A stretch of DNA of 64,000 nt, from assembly GCA_030704615.1 (NCBI GenBank), contig CM060734.1, positions 62,372,001 through 62,436,000 of the forward strand, written 5' to 3'. Shown piece after piece: positions 25,728 through 37,469 of the stretch. The position numbers were made by a program, and so were the translations under genes. The stretch comes from Takakia lepidozioides (Eukaryota > Plantae > Bryophyta). Position 1 is the first letter of the stretch. Each line of letters opens with the position of its first letter. Below the pieces are notes generated by a model, which made no database searches, was not told the DNA's origin, and worked only from the letters and a program-made list of their open reading frames with translations.

Positions 25728-26719
25728 ATCGAGAAACGGAGTATCTCGTCAAATGGAAGGGCTATCATCATGTGGAGGCATCTTGGGTGTGTGCCGCAGA
25801 AATGGGAAACGCGTCCGAGGCGGTTGCAGCTTTCGAAGGGCGTCCTCATAAGCGGAAGAAGCGTTGATGGGGACATCAACCTTGGAGCGTGGGGGAAGAA
25901 ATGCATGCTTAGCCCGGTTTAGCTAGCTTAGGAATCCGATTGCAAAAACTTGTATTGTACTAAACGTGCTATAAATGAAATGGATTCCAAATGTTGTGCG
26001 TCCTATTTTGTTTGGAATGGTGATGCATGGTATGGTTGGCTAGTGTGTAGAATGCATGCTAGCTTATAAAAGTGGGAGAGGTAAATTGGGTTAATCGTGT
26101 GTTTGCGTAGTGCCGAAATCGGGTGACCCCCATCCAAGGGGCAAGGAAACTTGCGCCTTCTTTGGGAGTTCACGTGCTAGTGCGCACCTGGCGCGTGCGC
26201 GTACTATAACTGCGCTACCGAGGGGGTTGCCTTGTAGTGCGGGCTAATGAGGAAGATACGTGCTTCCGTTCACGTACTATAATCGTGTAGCCTCGAGACG
26301 AAGTCGTAGTGCGGCTTCGGCGTGTTCCCGTACCTCAGGCCAACATTCCAAGGCGGACCCAATTGTAGTGATTGGGGCGCACGGTTGGTTCAAGGTTATC
26401 TTCCTAGTCAAAGAGGGTTCCAGGTGAACCCTTGCTCAAGGTGATGCCAAAAGCGGCATCATGAGCAATCGCAAGCAATGTTGTTGCAGTAAGGCGATTC
26501 GATCCTCGGGGAGGATCGTTCCTTGGCCTTGAAGTAGGCCAAGAAGAGTGCACTGGGAGGAGCTGGAGAGGCTCCACCCGTGGCCGGGACTTGGAGGAAG
26601 TCGGCCGAACTAGCTAGTGGAGAGTAGAATCAAGTGTGGGGTTTGGTTCTTTGCCATGGGACGCCATGGTACGGAAACAAACTCCTTGATGTGGGGCGCC
26701 ACAACTTGGATGTTCGTTT
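25728..26719 (+). mobile_element. 3' end of an unrelated chromoviral Ty3/Gypsy element: chromodomain, PPT and first part of the 3' LTR
   Basis: ETEYLVKWKGYHHVEASWVCAAEMGNASEAVAAF chromodomain ending at 25867; purine tract gggggaagaaa followed by TG at ~25901; non-coding LTR-like sequence interrupted at 26720. Confidence 0.75.
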
Positions 26720-27502
26720 TGTCGTGCGCATACATATCGCTACACAACTACATCGTTGTCCAAACCACACCACACATATATGCACAATAAAGTAGTCTGC
26801 CACAATGATAGAAAACCAACGAACACACTGTTTACACAAAACATGAAAACCAAACCATCACTCTTAGAAATAGTAGTCGAGCCAGGGGCACCCCAAGCTA
26901 TGGGGACTCCACCCCACAACAACCTACACTCCCATCATGAGTACACTCAGATCTAAACGCATGCAGGAGCTCGGTCGCGCAGGCTCAACTCGAGAAAGAT
27001 GAGCCGCGCGACTGCCGCTCTCGTGAAGATAAGACGGACCAGGTGTCAAACTAAACTTGACATCTGATTTAACACTTGACCTAAATCCAAGTGTTAAATA
27101 CAAATAACTAGTTTTATTCTAGCTGTTTTCACACTGTGCTTATTTAACTTGACAGCTGTCGTGCGCATACATATCGCTACACAACTACATCGCTGTCCAA
27201 ACCACACCACACATATATGCACAATAAAGTAGTCTAGCACAATCGCCCCCCTAGCTGGTGGATAGGTCCCTCTACCTCCAGATAGCTACAAGATGAAATA
27301 GCCACAACCGTACTAAGTCCTCCATCACTGTCCCTATTGTACTCAAACTCTATAGATCAAGAGGCCGGGTACAAGAGTAGCCCCATCGTTAGTCGCCGTC
27401 TTGCAATCTGTGAACTTGAGCCAGGATCTCGTGTGTTCAAGGTCTCCTAGTAGCCGGGCCTTGCGTTTCTTGTTAGCCTTCCATGGTTGTATCCACTCCC
27501 AC

Positions 27503-30500
27503 TATCCAATGCAATGTGGACATAACCAATCCCCATCTGGAACCATCTCAAGAGGTGGAGTCTAGCATCCCATATGCCAACCTCTAGAGCATCGATCACA
27601 CACCAACATGGTGGCTGCCCCTTTAGCAGACCCACACAACATGCACCTCAAACCTGCAGATACCACTACCAGGTTTGGGTCAATCCTGCCATCGACATTC
27701 GGAAGGTGACATGGCGCACAATTACGCACATGGTCCTTCCAAGTTATGCCATCCCGACCCTCCAAGACCAAGACGCCTGAGGGCAAGACCTCTCGAACCC
27801 TCAAAATAACACGTCCTGCAGTCACATCCAGGGTTGTAGGAGCAGTCTGCTGCAGATAGACATAGTCACCAGGGTTGAATCTCCGAACCCCAGGACGATA
27901 GCCCCCACCACGTATGGTAGCATACCTCAACGTATCACGGTGTTGTGCAATGGCAAGGTTCTCGAAAGCCATGGGCATGACTCTCTTGAACAACTCTGCA
28001 CGCTGCTCACATGCACGTGCCCACACGTCCGGATCGTCAAGGTTAAGAACTGTAGCAGTTTCTCTGCGAATGGATGTAGGCAAATCCGGCTCTCGGCCAA
28101 AGAGAAGAAAGTATGGTGAGAAGGAGGCAAGTGATGCTTGCTTGCTGAACCTATAGCCCATGGCTAACCAGGGTAACTGAAGGTCCCAATCTCCTAGGTG
28201 TCCCTTCTGCAAGCCATACTTGCGCAAACCCCTCTTTACTGTCTGAACAACTCTCTCTGCCAAGCCATCGGCCTCAGGATGATCCCGAGAAGTGGTGCGG
28301 TGGTCTATCAAGGCCTTGTCACACAAAGCCTGAAACTCCCCCAAGAACTCTCTCCCTTGGTCCGTGAGTACCTCAGCTGGAGCACCAAATCGGCTAAGCA
28401 CACAATCCAAGAATGCATACGCAGCTCCCTCACTAGCCTTATCAGGCAATGGAACCAATTCAATCCACTTGGAGAAGTGCTCCACCATCATCAACACGTA
28501 CTTGTTGTGGCGCATGGTCAGTGGCAACGGCCCTGCGAAGTCAAGACTCCACCTGTAGCCCAATCCCATGATCGGAAGAGGGTGCAATTGTGGAGAAGGG
28601 GCGTTGAATGAAGCACGCCCCTGTCACACACCATGCACCTAGCCACAAATTGTTGCACCTCTGTGTGCATACCACGCCACCAATACTGCCCCTGCAGTAG
28701 ACTATGAGTGCGTCGCACCCCAAAATGCCCAACTCCTCATGGGCATGGCGCACTAACCGTGCCGCTGTGTTGGGTGAGGCACAATCCTCACTCGACCATC
28801 CTCCCACACTCGGAGCAGGTGTGTCCCCTCGCACTTGAACCTCTTGGCTCGTTGTAGGATCGATCCCTCTCCTTGGCAGTCACAGTGGCTGCCGTGTCTC
28901 CAGTGCGGAGGTAGTCCAACACAACTGAATCCTCATGTATATCTTTGGCGCCACCTTGCTCATTGCTGGCCTCAGGGACCTCAGACACTTGATCTACAGT
29001 CATCCCTGTTGCAGGTCCAACCTGGCCTTCCGCTGCCAAGATACACAGAAATGCAGATGCATGCCATCCGGGCACCATCTCCTCGTCCGTCTCACCATGC
29101 CACCGAGCTCCAGTGTCATCCTGTTGGCTCGTGCATGGATTGCGACTCAACCATCTGCATTGCGATTGACCAAACCCGGTCGATGCACCACCTGAAAGTC
29201 ATACTCTTGAAGGATGAGTGCCACCGTGCAAGCTTCCCGTAAGCTTGTCTGACTCCATCAACCACTTGAGTGGTTGGTGATCCGTGACAAGGGTGAAGAG
29301 ATTGCCGTATAGATAGCACCTGAAGTGTGCCACGGCCCACACTGCAGCTAAGCATTCTCCCTCATATGAGCTATACTTAGACTCTGCAGCATTGTTCGAG
29401 CGGCTAGCATAAGCCACTACGAACTCTCTTCCCTCATCATCCACCTGTGTGAGCACCGCTCCAAGCCCTAGCATGCTCCAATCTGTATGCAGCTGAAAAG
29501 GACGCCCCCTGATAGGTCGTCTCAAGATGGGCGCCGAGGTCAACCTCGCCTTGAGCTCTTGGAAAGCTTGTTCCTGCTCATCTTCCCACTGCCACTCCTG
29601 GTCCACCTTGGTCAGCTTGGTTAGAGCCTTTGCAATGGCACTAAATCCCTTAACAAACCGTCTGTAATAGTTTGCTAACCCCATGAAAGCTCGAACTCGG
29701 CTCACATCCGTGGGGCGTGGAACCTGTGCAATGGACTCTACCTTAGTCTGTTGTACCCCCAATCCTCCAGGATATATCATGTGACCCAGATATTCAATCT
29801 GGTTGTGGAAAAACTTGCACTTGCCCGGATGTAACTTCAATCTGTGCGTCCTCAAGCGCTCAAATACCCCCTGAAGGTGTCTCTCATGCTCCTCCACCGT
29901 AGCACTAAAGATGATGATGTCATCTATGTAGCACCGAGCAAACTCCACCCCTGCTAGAATCCTGTCCATGACTCTTTGAAACTCAGCGGGAGCGTTTTTA
30001 AGCCCAAATGGTAAGAACCGCCACTGTATAGGCAATCCTTCCCGTGCTCATTGATCCCCCAGAATGCCGTCTTTGCTTATCCGCCTCCTTGATCGGCAAC
30101 TGGTGATATCCGGATTGTAAATCCAACGTGCTAAAGACCTTGGAATGCCCAATGGCATCAAGATCTCCTCTGGTGTCGGCATGGCATACCTATGGACTTG
30201 GTCTGACGATTTACAGGCCGGTAATCACCGCACATACGTCTCTCCGTCCAATTGCCATAGACATCCTTCTTAGCTGGCATCACTGTGGCTGAAGCATACT
30301 CTCCACCAGAGAGCTCCACCAATTCTGCCTCCCAGAGATCTTGAGTCCTCATCTGAATCAAAGACCTCTCCATGTCACTATATCTATAGGTCTCCGAAAG
30401 ATTGGCGTGTCAGTGGCCAACTCAATACGGATCTCTTGACCCTTCAGTGCTCCCAAGTCCTTCAAACTGAAGGCAAAGCAATTCCTGTAAGCCCTCAGGA

Positions 30501-30542
30501 ACCGCCGTATACGTCGTCTCTCTCCTCCGGTGACAATGGGTC
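27503..30542 (-). pseudogene. Copy 1 pol 3' half: RT, RNase H, integrase, PHD finger (frameshifted)
   Basis: LPFGLKNAPAEFQR, YIDDIIIFS, LHTDWS...SYEGECLAAVWAV, WSLDFAGP...LTDQGREF...DGLAERVVQTVK, CMLCG...CDRCSRGWHMGC. Confidence 0.95.
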
Positions 30543-31109
30543 TGTCAAGTTAAATAAGCACAGTGTGAAAACAGCTAGAATAAAACTAGTTATTTGTATT
30601 TAACACTTGGATTTAGGTCAAGTGTTAAATCAGGTGTCAAGTTTAGTTTGACACCTGTCTGTCTTATTCTTCACGAGATGCGGTCACAGTCGCGCGCTCA
30701 TCTCTCTCGAGTGAGCCTGCTCGACCGAGCTCCTGCATTGTTGAGGACTGAGTGTGCTTATGATGGGAGTGTAGGTTGTTGTGGGGTGGAGTCCCCATAG
30801 CTTGGGGTTCCCCTGGCTCGACTTATATTTTAAAGAGTGATCTTGAGGGATTGCATATTTCTTGTGTTGAGAGTGTGTGTCCTTTACAAGTTTGTTTATC
30901 ACTCGAGAGAGATGATCGTTATCTAGTGTGCTGGTGCTAAGCTAGATACAATGTTTGTTTTAGCATTATTATAATACATATCTTGGGCGGGAGTCCATCT
31001 GGCCTTGCTTTTTTCGCTGGTCTGTGCGCAAGAGCATAGGTGCTGTACAGTCCATTAGAGGAGAAAGGAGAAGTTTCAGAGATGGAGAAGGCAGCGGACA
31101 GGCATTGAG

Positions 31110-31634
31110 GGAATGTGTGCTGGTGCTGGACTTCGGATCGCAGTATACGCATCTTATCACCGTCGTGTCCGACAGTTCTCTATTTGCCCCTTTTGCTTAC
31201 CTGCTGGTACCGCCCTTGGAAGCCATTCAGGGGGCTCAATCCCTCCGTTAATAATTCTCTCAGGTGGACCCCGTTCTGTCCATGAAGAGGGCTCTCCCAA
31301 CTGTGGCCTGATGGCTTCTTCGAGTACACAAGGAATCATGGGATCGTAGTGCTTGGCGTTTTAACGGCTGCACCTTATTGTCAAAGTGCTGGGAGGAGAG
31401 GTCAAGCAGGCGGAGAGCCAAGAGTATGGCGCATGTAAATAGCTGCTGTGAAGGATAGTAAACTATATGGGTGATGCAGAGAGCTTCTCAAACCCGGTCG
31501 TGTGGATGAGTCATGGTGATGAGGCAGTTAACGTTCACCAGGCTTTCACGTCGTAGCCACCAGTTTTGCAGGGCAACATTGCTGCCATTGAGACAGCGCT
31601 GCTTGGAATTTATGCTCTTCAATATCATCCCGAG
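31110..31634 (+). pseudogene. Captured GMP synthase glutamine-amidotransferase fragment
   Basis: VLVLDFGSQYTHLI, IILSGGPRSVH, VWMSHGDEAV and GIYALQYHPE across several frameshifts. Confidence 0.9.
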
Positions 31635-31986
31635 GGTTTTGTGGCAAGGCCAGAGGCTGGGACGGACGGGTCTCTCAATCTCATGATCTGGCAGTGCACT
31701 TTACCTGGCAAAGCTGGGACTGATTTGGGAAGGGGGATTCTACCCAACTGCAATCCATTTCAGCGAGGACTATCCCAGTAAGCCACCCAAGTGCAAGTTT
31801 CCCGCAGGCTTCTTTCACCCGAACCTGTATCCGTCAGGCACAGTGTGCCTCTCTAACCCTCAATGAGGACTCTGGGTGGAGACCAGCCATCACCGTGAAA
31901 CAAATTCTGGTTGGCATCCAGGAGCTGCTAGATGCCCAAATCCAGCTGACCCAGCACAGACTGAAGCGTACAACTATTCATCCAGG
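31635..31986 (+). pseudogene. Captured SUMO-conjugating enzyme (SCE1/Ubc9) fragment, intronless
   Basis: [95 protein letters not shown]. Confidence 0.92.
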
Positions 31987-32114
31987 TCGAGAAGTCACAG
32001 GTGGACCAGCTCAAGGTCTGAAACTCCCCCAAGTCTGAAACCTTCCAAGGCTGTTTACAACATGACAAGAAAGCAGCAGAGATATACCTGCTTACTGGCA
32101 AAGAGTCATTGCTA

Positions 32115-32240
32115 GGAGCTGCATTTGATCCAGAGCTACACTCTGTACTGGAGCTGGCCAGTGATGCTGAGCTGTTTGAACTATTGAACATTCTCTATGG
32201 ACAAAGCCTGCTGAGCCTGCTGTTGAAGTCAGTGGCGCTA
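32115..32240 (+). pseudogene. Captured fragment of a conserved plant protein (YaaW-like, uncharacterised)
   Basis: AAFDPELHSVLELASDAELFELLNILYGQSLLSLLLKSV resembles a conserved plant/cyanobacterial motif; from recall only. Confidence 0.55.
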
Positions 32241-33290
32241 GACGGAGGTGCTATACGGGCTGCTGGTTTGATCAATGGGTGTTGGATCTTCTTCCTTTGT
32301 CCACTCCTTACCTGTGAAGAAGTGCCCTGGTGGAAGCTTGGCAGTTGATCCAGTTACTAATGGAAGCCCTACCGCAAACAAAGAGTGTTGCTGAGAGACA
32401 AGGAAAGTACCTGGGCAAATCTTTGAACAAGCTGGCACAAGCAGGTGGTGGTCAGGCTGGGGTCCTTTTGTAGAGATCCTGTGGGCCTTTAATGAGCAAG
32501 TGATCCAACCATACTCTAAGCTCAGGCGTTGAGCAGCCTTACAGGTGAAGCTATAGGGTCCCGTGGGAACAATTTCTGCAGCTACACAGGGTGTGTTAGT
32601 GGCCTAAGAACAGCTTAGAAATGCTTCAGTGCAAGCCCTGGAAATTGTGGGCGTCAATGCCCGTTGCAGGAAAACATGAGATGCGAATTAGACCAAGTTG
32701 ATGGAACTTCAAGCTGGTCTTGGCTTTGGATTCCATGCAAAGACGGCCACATCACAGCAGGCCGCCTGTCCATAAGCCATGAAGGTGCTGCGCAGTGCAT
32801 CTACTCTTGAAATCGCCCCACTCGCTGGTTTGTAGTCTCTAGGTCTCGAGGAGGCAGGCCCACGCGCAGAGAAAAGCAAATCGTGATAACCCCACCCAAC
32901 TGAGGTCGAGTGTTGGAATTAACGAGCTCTTGGTGCCTGGAGAATCCTGGAGGGGAACGACCTCGGGAACTCGTAGATAACCTGGGAACAGGTTGTAATG
33001 ACAAAAGCGTTTTGGTTTAAAAAAAAAAAAACAAAGCCTTTTTGATCTAATTTAAATGTTTAAAGAGCCTGGTTGGTCATATCTTTGTCAAATGAGCTCC
33101 GTTTGACTCAGTTTTTTGAGGGGATAGCTGCAGAAAGGGGAAATCTACCTATCTAGTTTTCTGTTTTTGGGACTCTGCTAAAAATCTATGGAATTTTTAG
33201 AGTGTGAGTGTGCCATGAAAGATCCACAATCCTGTCTCTAGAACCTGTGCTGGTCTATATTAGAGACAAATCTGTGGATGTACTCCTTGT

Positions 33291-34039
33291 ATGGCTGGGG
33301 GAAATGAGGACGTAATTGAAGGGCAGGTCTCTTCTCTTAGCCTGTGCACCAAGGGGACAAGATTTATGTTTCCCAAGGAACTCAGACTGATTTGAGTGGA
33401 GAACAGTTGGACGAGTTGATTGCATACTGGGAGTCAGGCATTAGCAGTAGACAACAGACTGCTGTAGTTGGCATTGAGGGCCTCAATATCGCCTTGGACA
33501 GTCAGAACTCTGTTGGAGCCAGCAGTTCTGCAGCTGTAGGTGAAATACCAAAGTGGGTGAAAGCTAGGCTTGGAACACAGCCAAAGACAGCCCCGGGGAC
33601 CAAGGTGTTCAGCCACAAGGCCGTGGTGTACTGGAGCAGAGGAGCAGGAGCTACACAAGTTTGTGCAATCAGACATGGTTGCAGCCGGATACGCTCTGCA
33701 CAGGGCAACCACGAGCGGGGGTTCATCAGCAATGACATGTTTGTTGTGCGTGAAGGAGATGCAGTCATTCGCAATGAGGACACCCGCAACCGTCTCAAAG
33801 CTTTCGAGTTGAGAGACTATCAGACCCTACCTTTGTTTTCTTTAGTGTTCAGTGAGCGGGAGATAGGGGAGTATTGCTTTGTCTCTACCTGGCAGAAAGA
33901 GGAGGAGGGTTGGTTAGAGCGAGCTACTGTAGCTTGGGACAAGGTTAGTGGCAGGTTTCTGGACATAGATATACCTCCTACACCTTACCATCATGCAGAG
34001 CGAGGCACTTTGAGAGAAGTCTGGCAGTTGATAGCATAG
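33291..34039 (+). CDS. Extra ORF (~250 aa, unknown function) upstream of gag in the retrotransposon
   Basis: Present in all three copies (24427-24972 +, ~47350-48090 -). ATG at 33291 (MAGGNEDVIEG) with one frameshift at ~33350 in this copy. Confidence 0.7.
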
Positions 34040-34551
34040 ATCAGGATTAGATCTTGCTTGGTCGGGCTTCTATTCTTCCCCTCCATCTCTGTACTATTTT
34101 CATTACCTTGTACTTGTAGTTGCCAAAGCCTCTCTTGGTGGAGGCCAGTCAGTCCGGGGTTTTGGGCTGGGATATTCTGCAGGATCAGCATTGCAGCTGG
34201 ATTTTGGGTGGGGGTGTTGATGTTTTGATTTCTTGTGTTTGGATCCCCCCAACACCTGCATGCTTGACTGTGCGCCATGTTGGTTTTGTGTGGGCGCTTG
34301 CTTTCATAGGGATTAGGCCGGATTTGATCACCGGTCAATCCTAGAGTATGCTGTCGGTGGTGAGGCTGGAGTGATGACCAGCAAGACCACCAGTGTTTCT
34401 TCTATGGGTGAGGCTGGGTTGATGACCAGCCAACCATAGGAGTTCTTGCGGTGGATGCAGGTGCAGGTGCCCTGAGCCATTGGGATATGACCCTTAACTG
34501 CAACAGGTGCCCACCCGTGTCACTATTAGATTAGTACTAGAGCCTTAGTGT

Positions 34552-36100
34552 CACGTGGAGGAGGTGCACATTGTGAGTGTCATTACGGAGTTACCCAAGG
34601 GTTTTGAGGGGAGTACGGCTACAGGCAGTAACAGTGAGAGTGGGTTCACAAGACGAGGTATTCGGTTCAGACCACCTTCACCGCCACCCTCAATACTGTA
34701 GAGTCAGACACAGACTCGGAGGCTTCATCAACAGGTGTGCAATTTTCATTCGCCATTGTTGTGGGACGACATGGAGGAGATGTATGGAGCTACCAAGGGG
34801 CCTCGTAGGTACTCTGGAGCTGTGGGCACAATCGAGTTGGATGACTTTATCCAGGAGTTCGACAGCTGGTGTGATTTGCAGCAGATGCGCAATCCACAGC
34901 TATTCACCCCATTCATGGCGTGGAAGGGACTGTTCCAGCATTTGGAAGGCCCGCCTATGGACGATTACCACGAGTTCAGGCGAGGACATGAAGCAGAGAT
35001 TGAGGAGTGGAGGATGTATTGGTCACCTGACTACGTCTCCATTACTCGAGGCACGACGACCAGTAGCTGCATCAGTACCAATAGCTCCCACTGCCAGCAC
35101 TAGTAGTGGAGCAAGTAGTGCTGGTACTTCTGCAGGTGGTACCAGTTCAAAAGTGCTACTACTCTCCTGCCACGACTACAACACATGTGCCTAGATTCAA
35201 CCCGGTGGTGGAGTTCTTCCAGGAGTTGCGAGGAACTACCAAGGTGTACGGACAGAGAAGCTGCGAAGTTTGCAAGACTTCCAGCGCAAACCCAGTGAGA
35301 GCCTGCGAGAGGCGTACACTCGTATGAGGCGCTTGATAAGTGTGAAAGGGGTTACTGAAGCTCAGGCAATCCAGTTTTGGTATGGAATTCTGGACAAGGA
35401 GCTCAAGAAGGGTGCGAGATGCAACCCTGTTACAAGCAGCCCAACCCACATTAGCAGATGTGTTTCTGCTGGCTGAGCGGATTGAGCTCAACATGGTGGA
35501 GGAGCGAGTTGTTACAATTGGATTTGGCAAGGACATGCCTGTACGGGGCACAGCTGTCAGCCCACAAGGCACAAGGGACTGCCCAACAGCGTGGTCAGGG
35601 GGCAAGGTATTGCCCAGCCCAAGTTCCATGGAGCTTACACGGGACCTCAGGTGCAGAGGCCGTCTCTTTGCAGGCCAACAGCAACCAGGGGTGATATGTT
35701 GGACATGTGGAGGACCCCATGTCAAGAGAGATTGCCCAGAGAGTGGCAGAAGGCCGGCACAAGCACAGCCTGCACAGTTGCAGTGTGGGCATTGTGGCAA
35801 GTATGGGCATGGAGATGCCCAGTGTTATGACTTGCATCCTGAGTTGCGCCCAGGCCAGTTCCGGGAACAATGGTGGCCGGGGGCGAGGTGGACCAGCCCA
35901 AAGAGGACGAGGTGGTCGGGCACGAGGTGCAGGCCAAGGGCAACTCCACATGGCAAGGACGCGGAGGTCAGGGTGTTGACCAAGGCATGGCCAATCGGCT
36001 TCAGCAGCTAGAGCAGAGGATCGCTGCCATGGCTATAGCTCAGGCGGTACCGGCTCCCAGGCGGGATGGCCCACCTCCTGCTCCTGAGGGAGGAGATATG
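34552..36100 (+). pseudogene. Copy 2 gag (frameshifted) with two zinc knuckles
   Basis: ELDDFIQEFDSWCD, FQRKPSESLREAYTRMRRL, CWTCGGPHVKRDC, CGHCGKYGHGDAQC. Confidence 0.85.
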
Positions 36101-36679
36101 GGAGGCATGGGATTCATGTGCGGAGCAGCACTACCATTAGAGCAGGTGGAGTCTGCTGCAGCCGTGACTCGAGGAGCAACACGAGTTCCTGAGCCACGAG
36201 GTGCAGAGGTGGATTGGATCCACAACGTGGGGAGGCAAGCCGTCAGGCAAGGCTGCCTCAGTCATTCACCTTGGCGGAGACAGTGTCAACGCCATCCATG
36301 GCACCTAGTTCTCGCCCGACTGTTACCGAGGCGGAGGTTACTATGCCATTGGGGAGAGCTACACGTGCAGCACTGACACCTGCTACCAAGGCTAGTGCAG
36401 CCGGTGTGTTATTGGGGGCAGCCACCTCTGTGTGTCAAGCCCCACTGTTCTCGGCGACCATGATTGCGACGCCGGGGTGAGACCAGCTGCAGTGTTCAGA
36501 CTAGCAGCAACACTCTGTGAGAGTGGGAGGTCACTTCATCTTCTGCGGAGTTAGTGGAAGGTGTAGTGGCAGAGGGATCCTCGGATTTGAGGGTCAAGAC
36601 TGCCACGGCAGCGCCCTGGCAAGCTGCAGCTGCCAGTTGACGGAGCTGCCAGCTAGGCCAGCCTTTGAGCGCGCCATGG

Positions 36680-37140
36680 TGACACCTGGAGTTGTCTTGT
36701 TAGACAACCAGGGAGGCATTTTCACTTTGAGTGGACCGGCAGGCAAGAAGTACCGGCCACTGCGGGTCTTGTTGGACTCAGGAGCTCAGCCACTGATGTT
36801 GGGCAGAGCTGCTATTGCAGGTTTGGGCCTCATGGAGGCGGATATGGAGCCTTGTCCTTTCCAGATACAGACATCTCTGGGAGGATCAGAGCAGGCTCGG
36901 GCATGACACGGCATCAGTTGGCTATTAGACTGCAGCCGGATCATCCTGTAGATGGCTCAGTGATGCGAGCCAAGGCCATTGTGACAGACGCGGTCTCTTA
37001 CGATGTCCTCGTTGGTGGGGCAGTGTTATACCCCATGGGCTTCACCCTGGATTTCTGGGAGGAGTCAGCATCCTACAGGCCTGGATGGCAGTCAGGGGAT
37101 GGTCGCCGTGCACAGCTCCCTGTGACATTCATTGGGGGTA
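36680..37140 (+). pseudogene. Copy 2 retroviral-type aspartic protease
   Basis: RVLLDSGAQPLMLG catalytic motif and YDVLVGGAVL C-terminal motif. Confidence 0.85.
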
Positions 37141-37469
37141 TTGCAGCTGCCAGCGGGGCAAGATGCCAACACTAGCCGCCTTCACAGCTGCAGTTAGTTG
37201 GCCTGGAGAGTTGCTGGAAGGCAATGCCCATGCAGAGGATGTGCCACCTCCAGCAGAGCAGGATGACATGCATGGTACGGCGGAGTTGCCTGCCATGGTT
37301 GCTCACACTCCGTTGTGGGGTACGAGCAAGGATTTGCAGCAGCTGCTGATGGACGGGTGCAACAAGCTTGGGTAGAAGCTTTTGTACCGTCAGAGAGGAG
37401 GAGAGTGTGATTGCACCAGGGCCACCTCAGTTGTCGCCATTGGACACCACACTCTTGGTGGCAGCGACC

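Noticed and set aside
33991-34338. Antisense ORF between the extra ORF and gag
   Set aside because: The reading frame is not consistent among the three copies and shows no recognisable motif.
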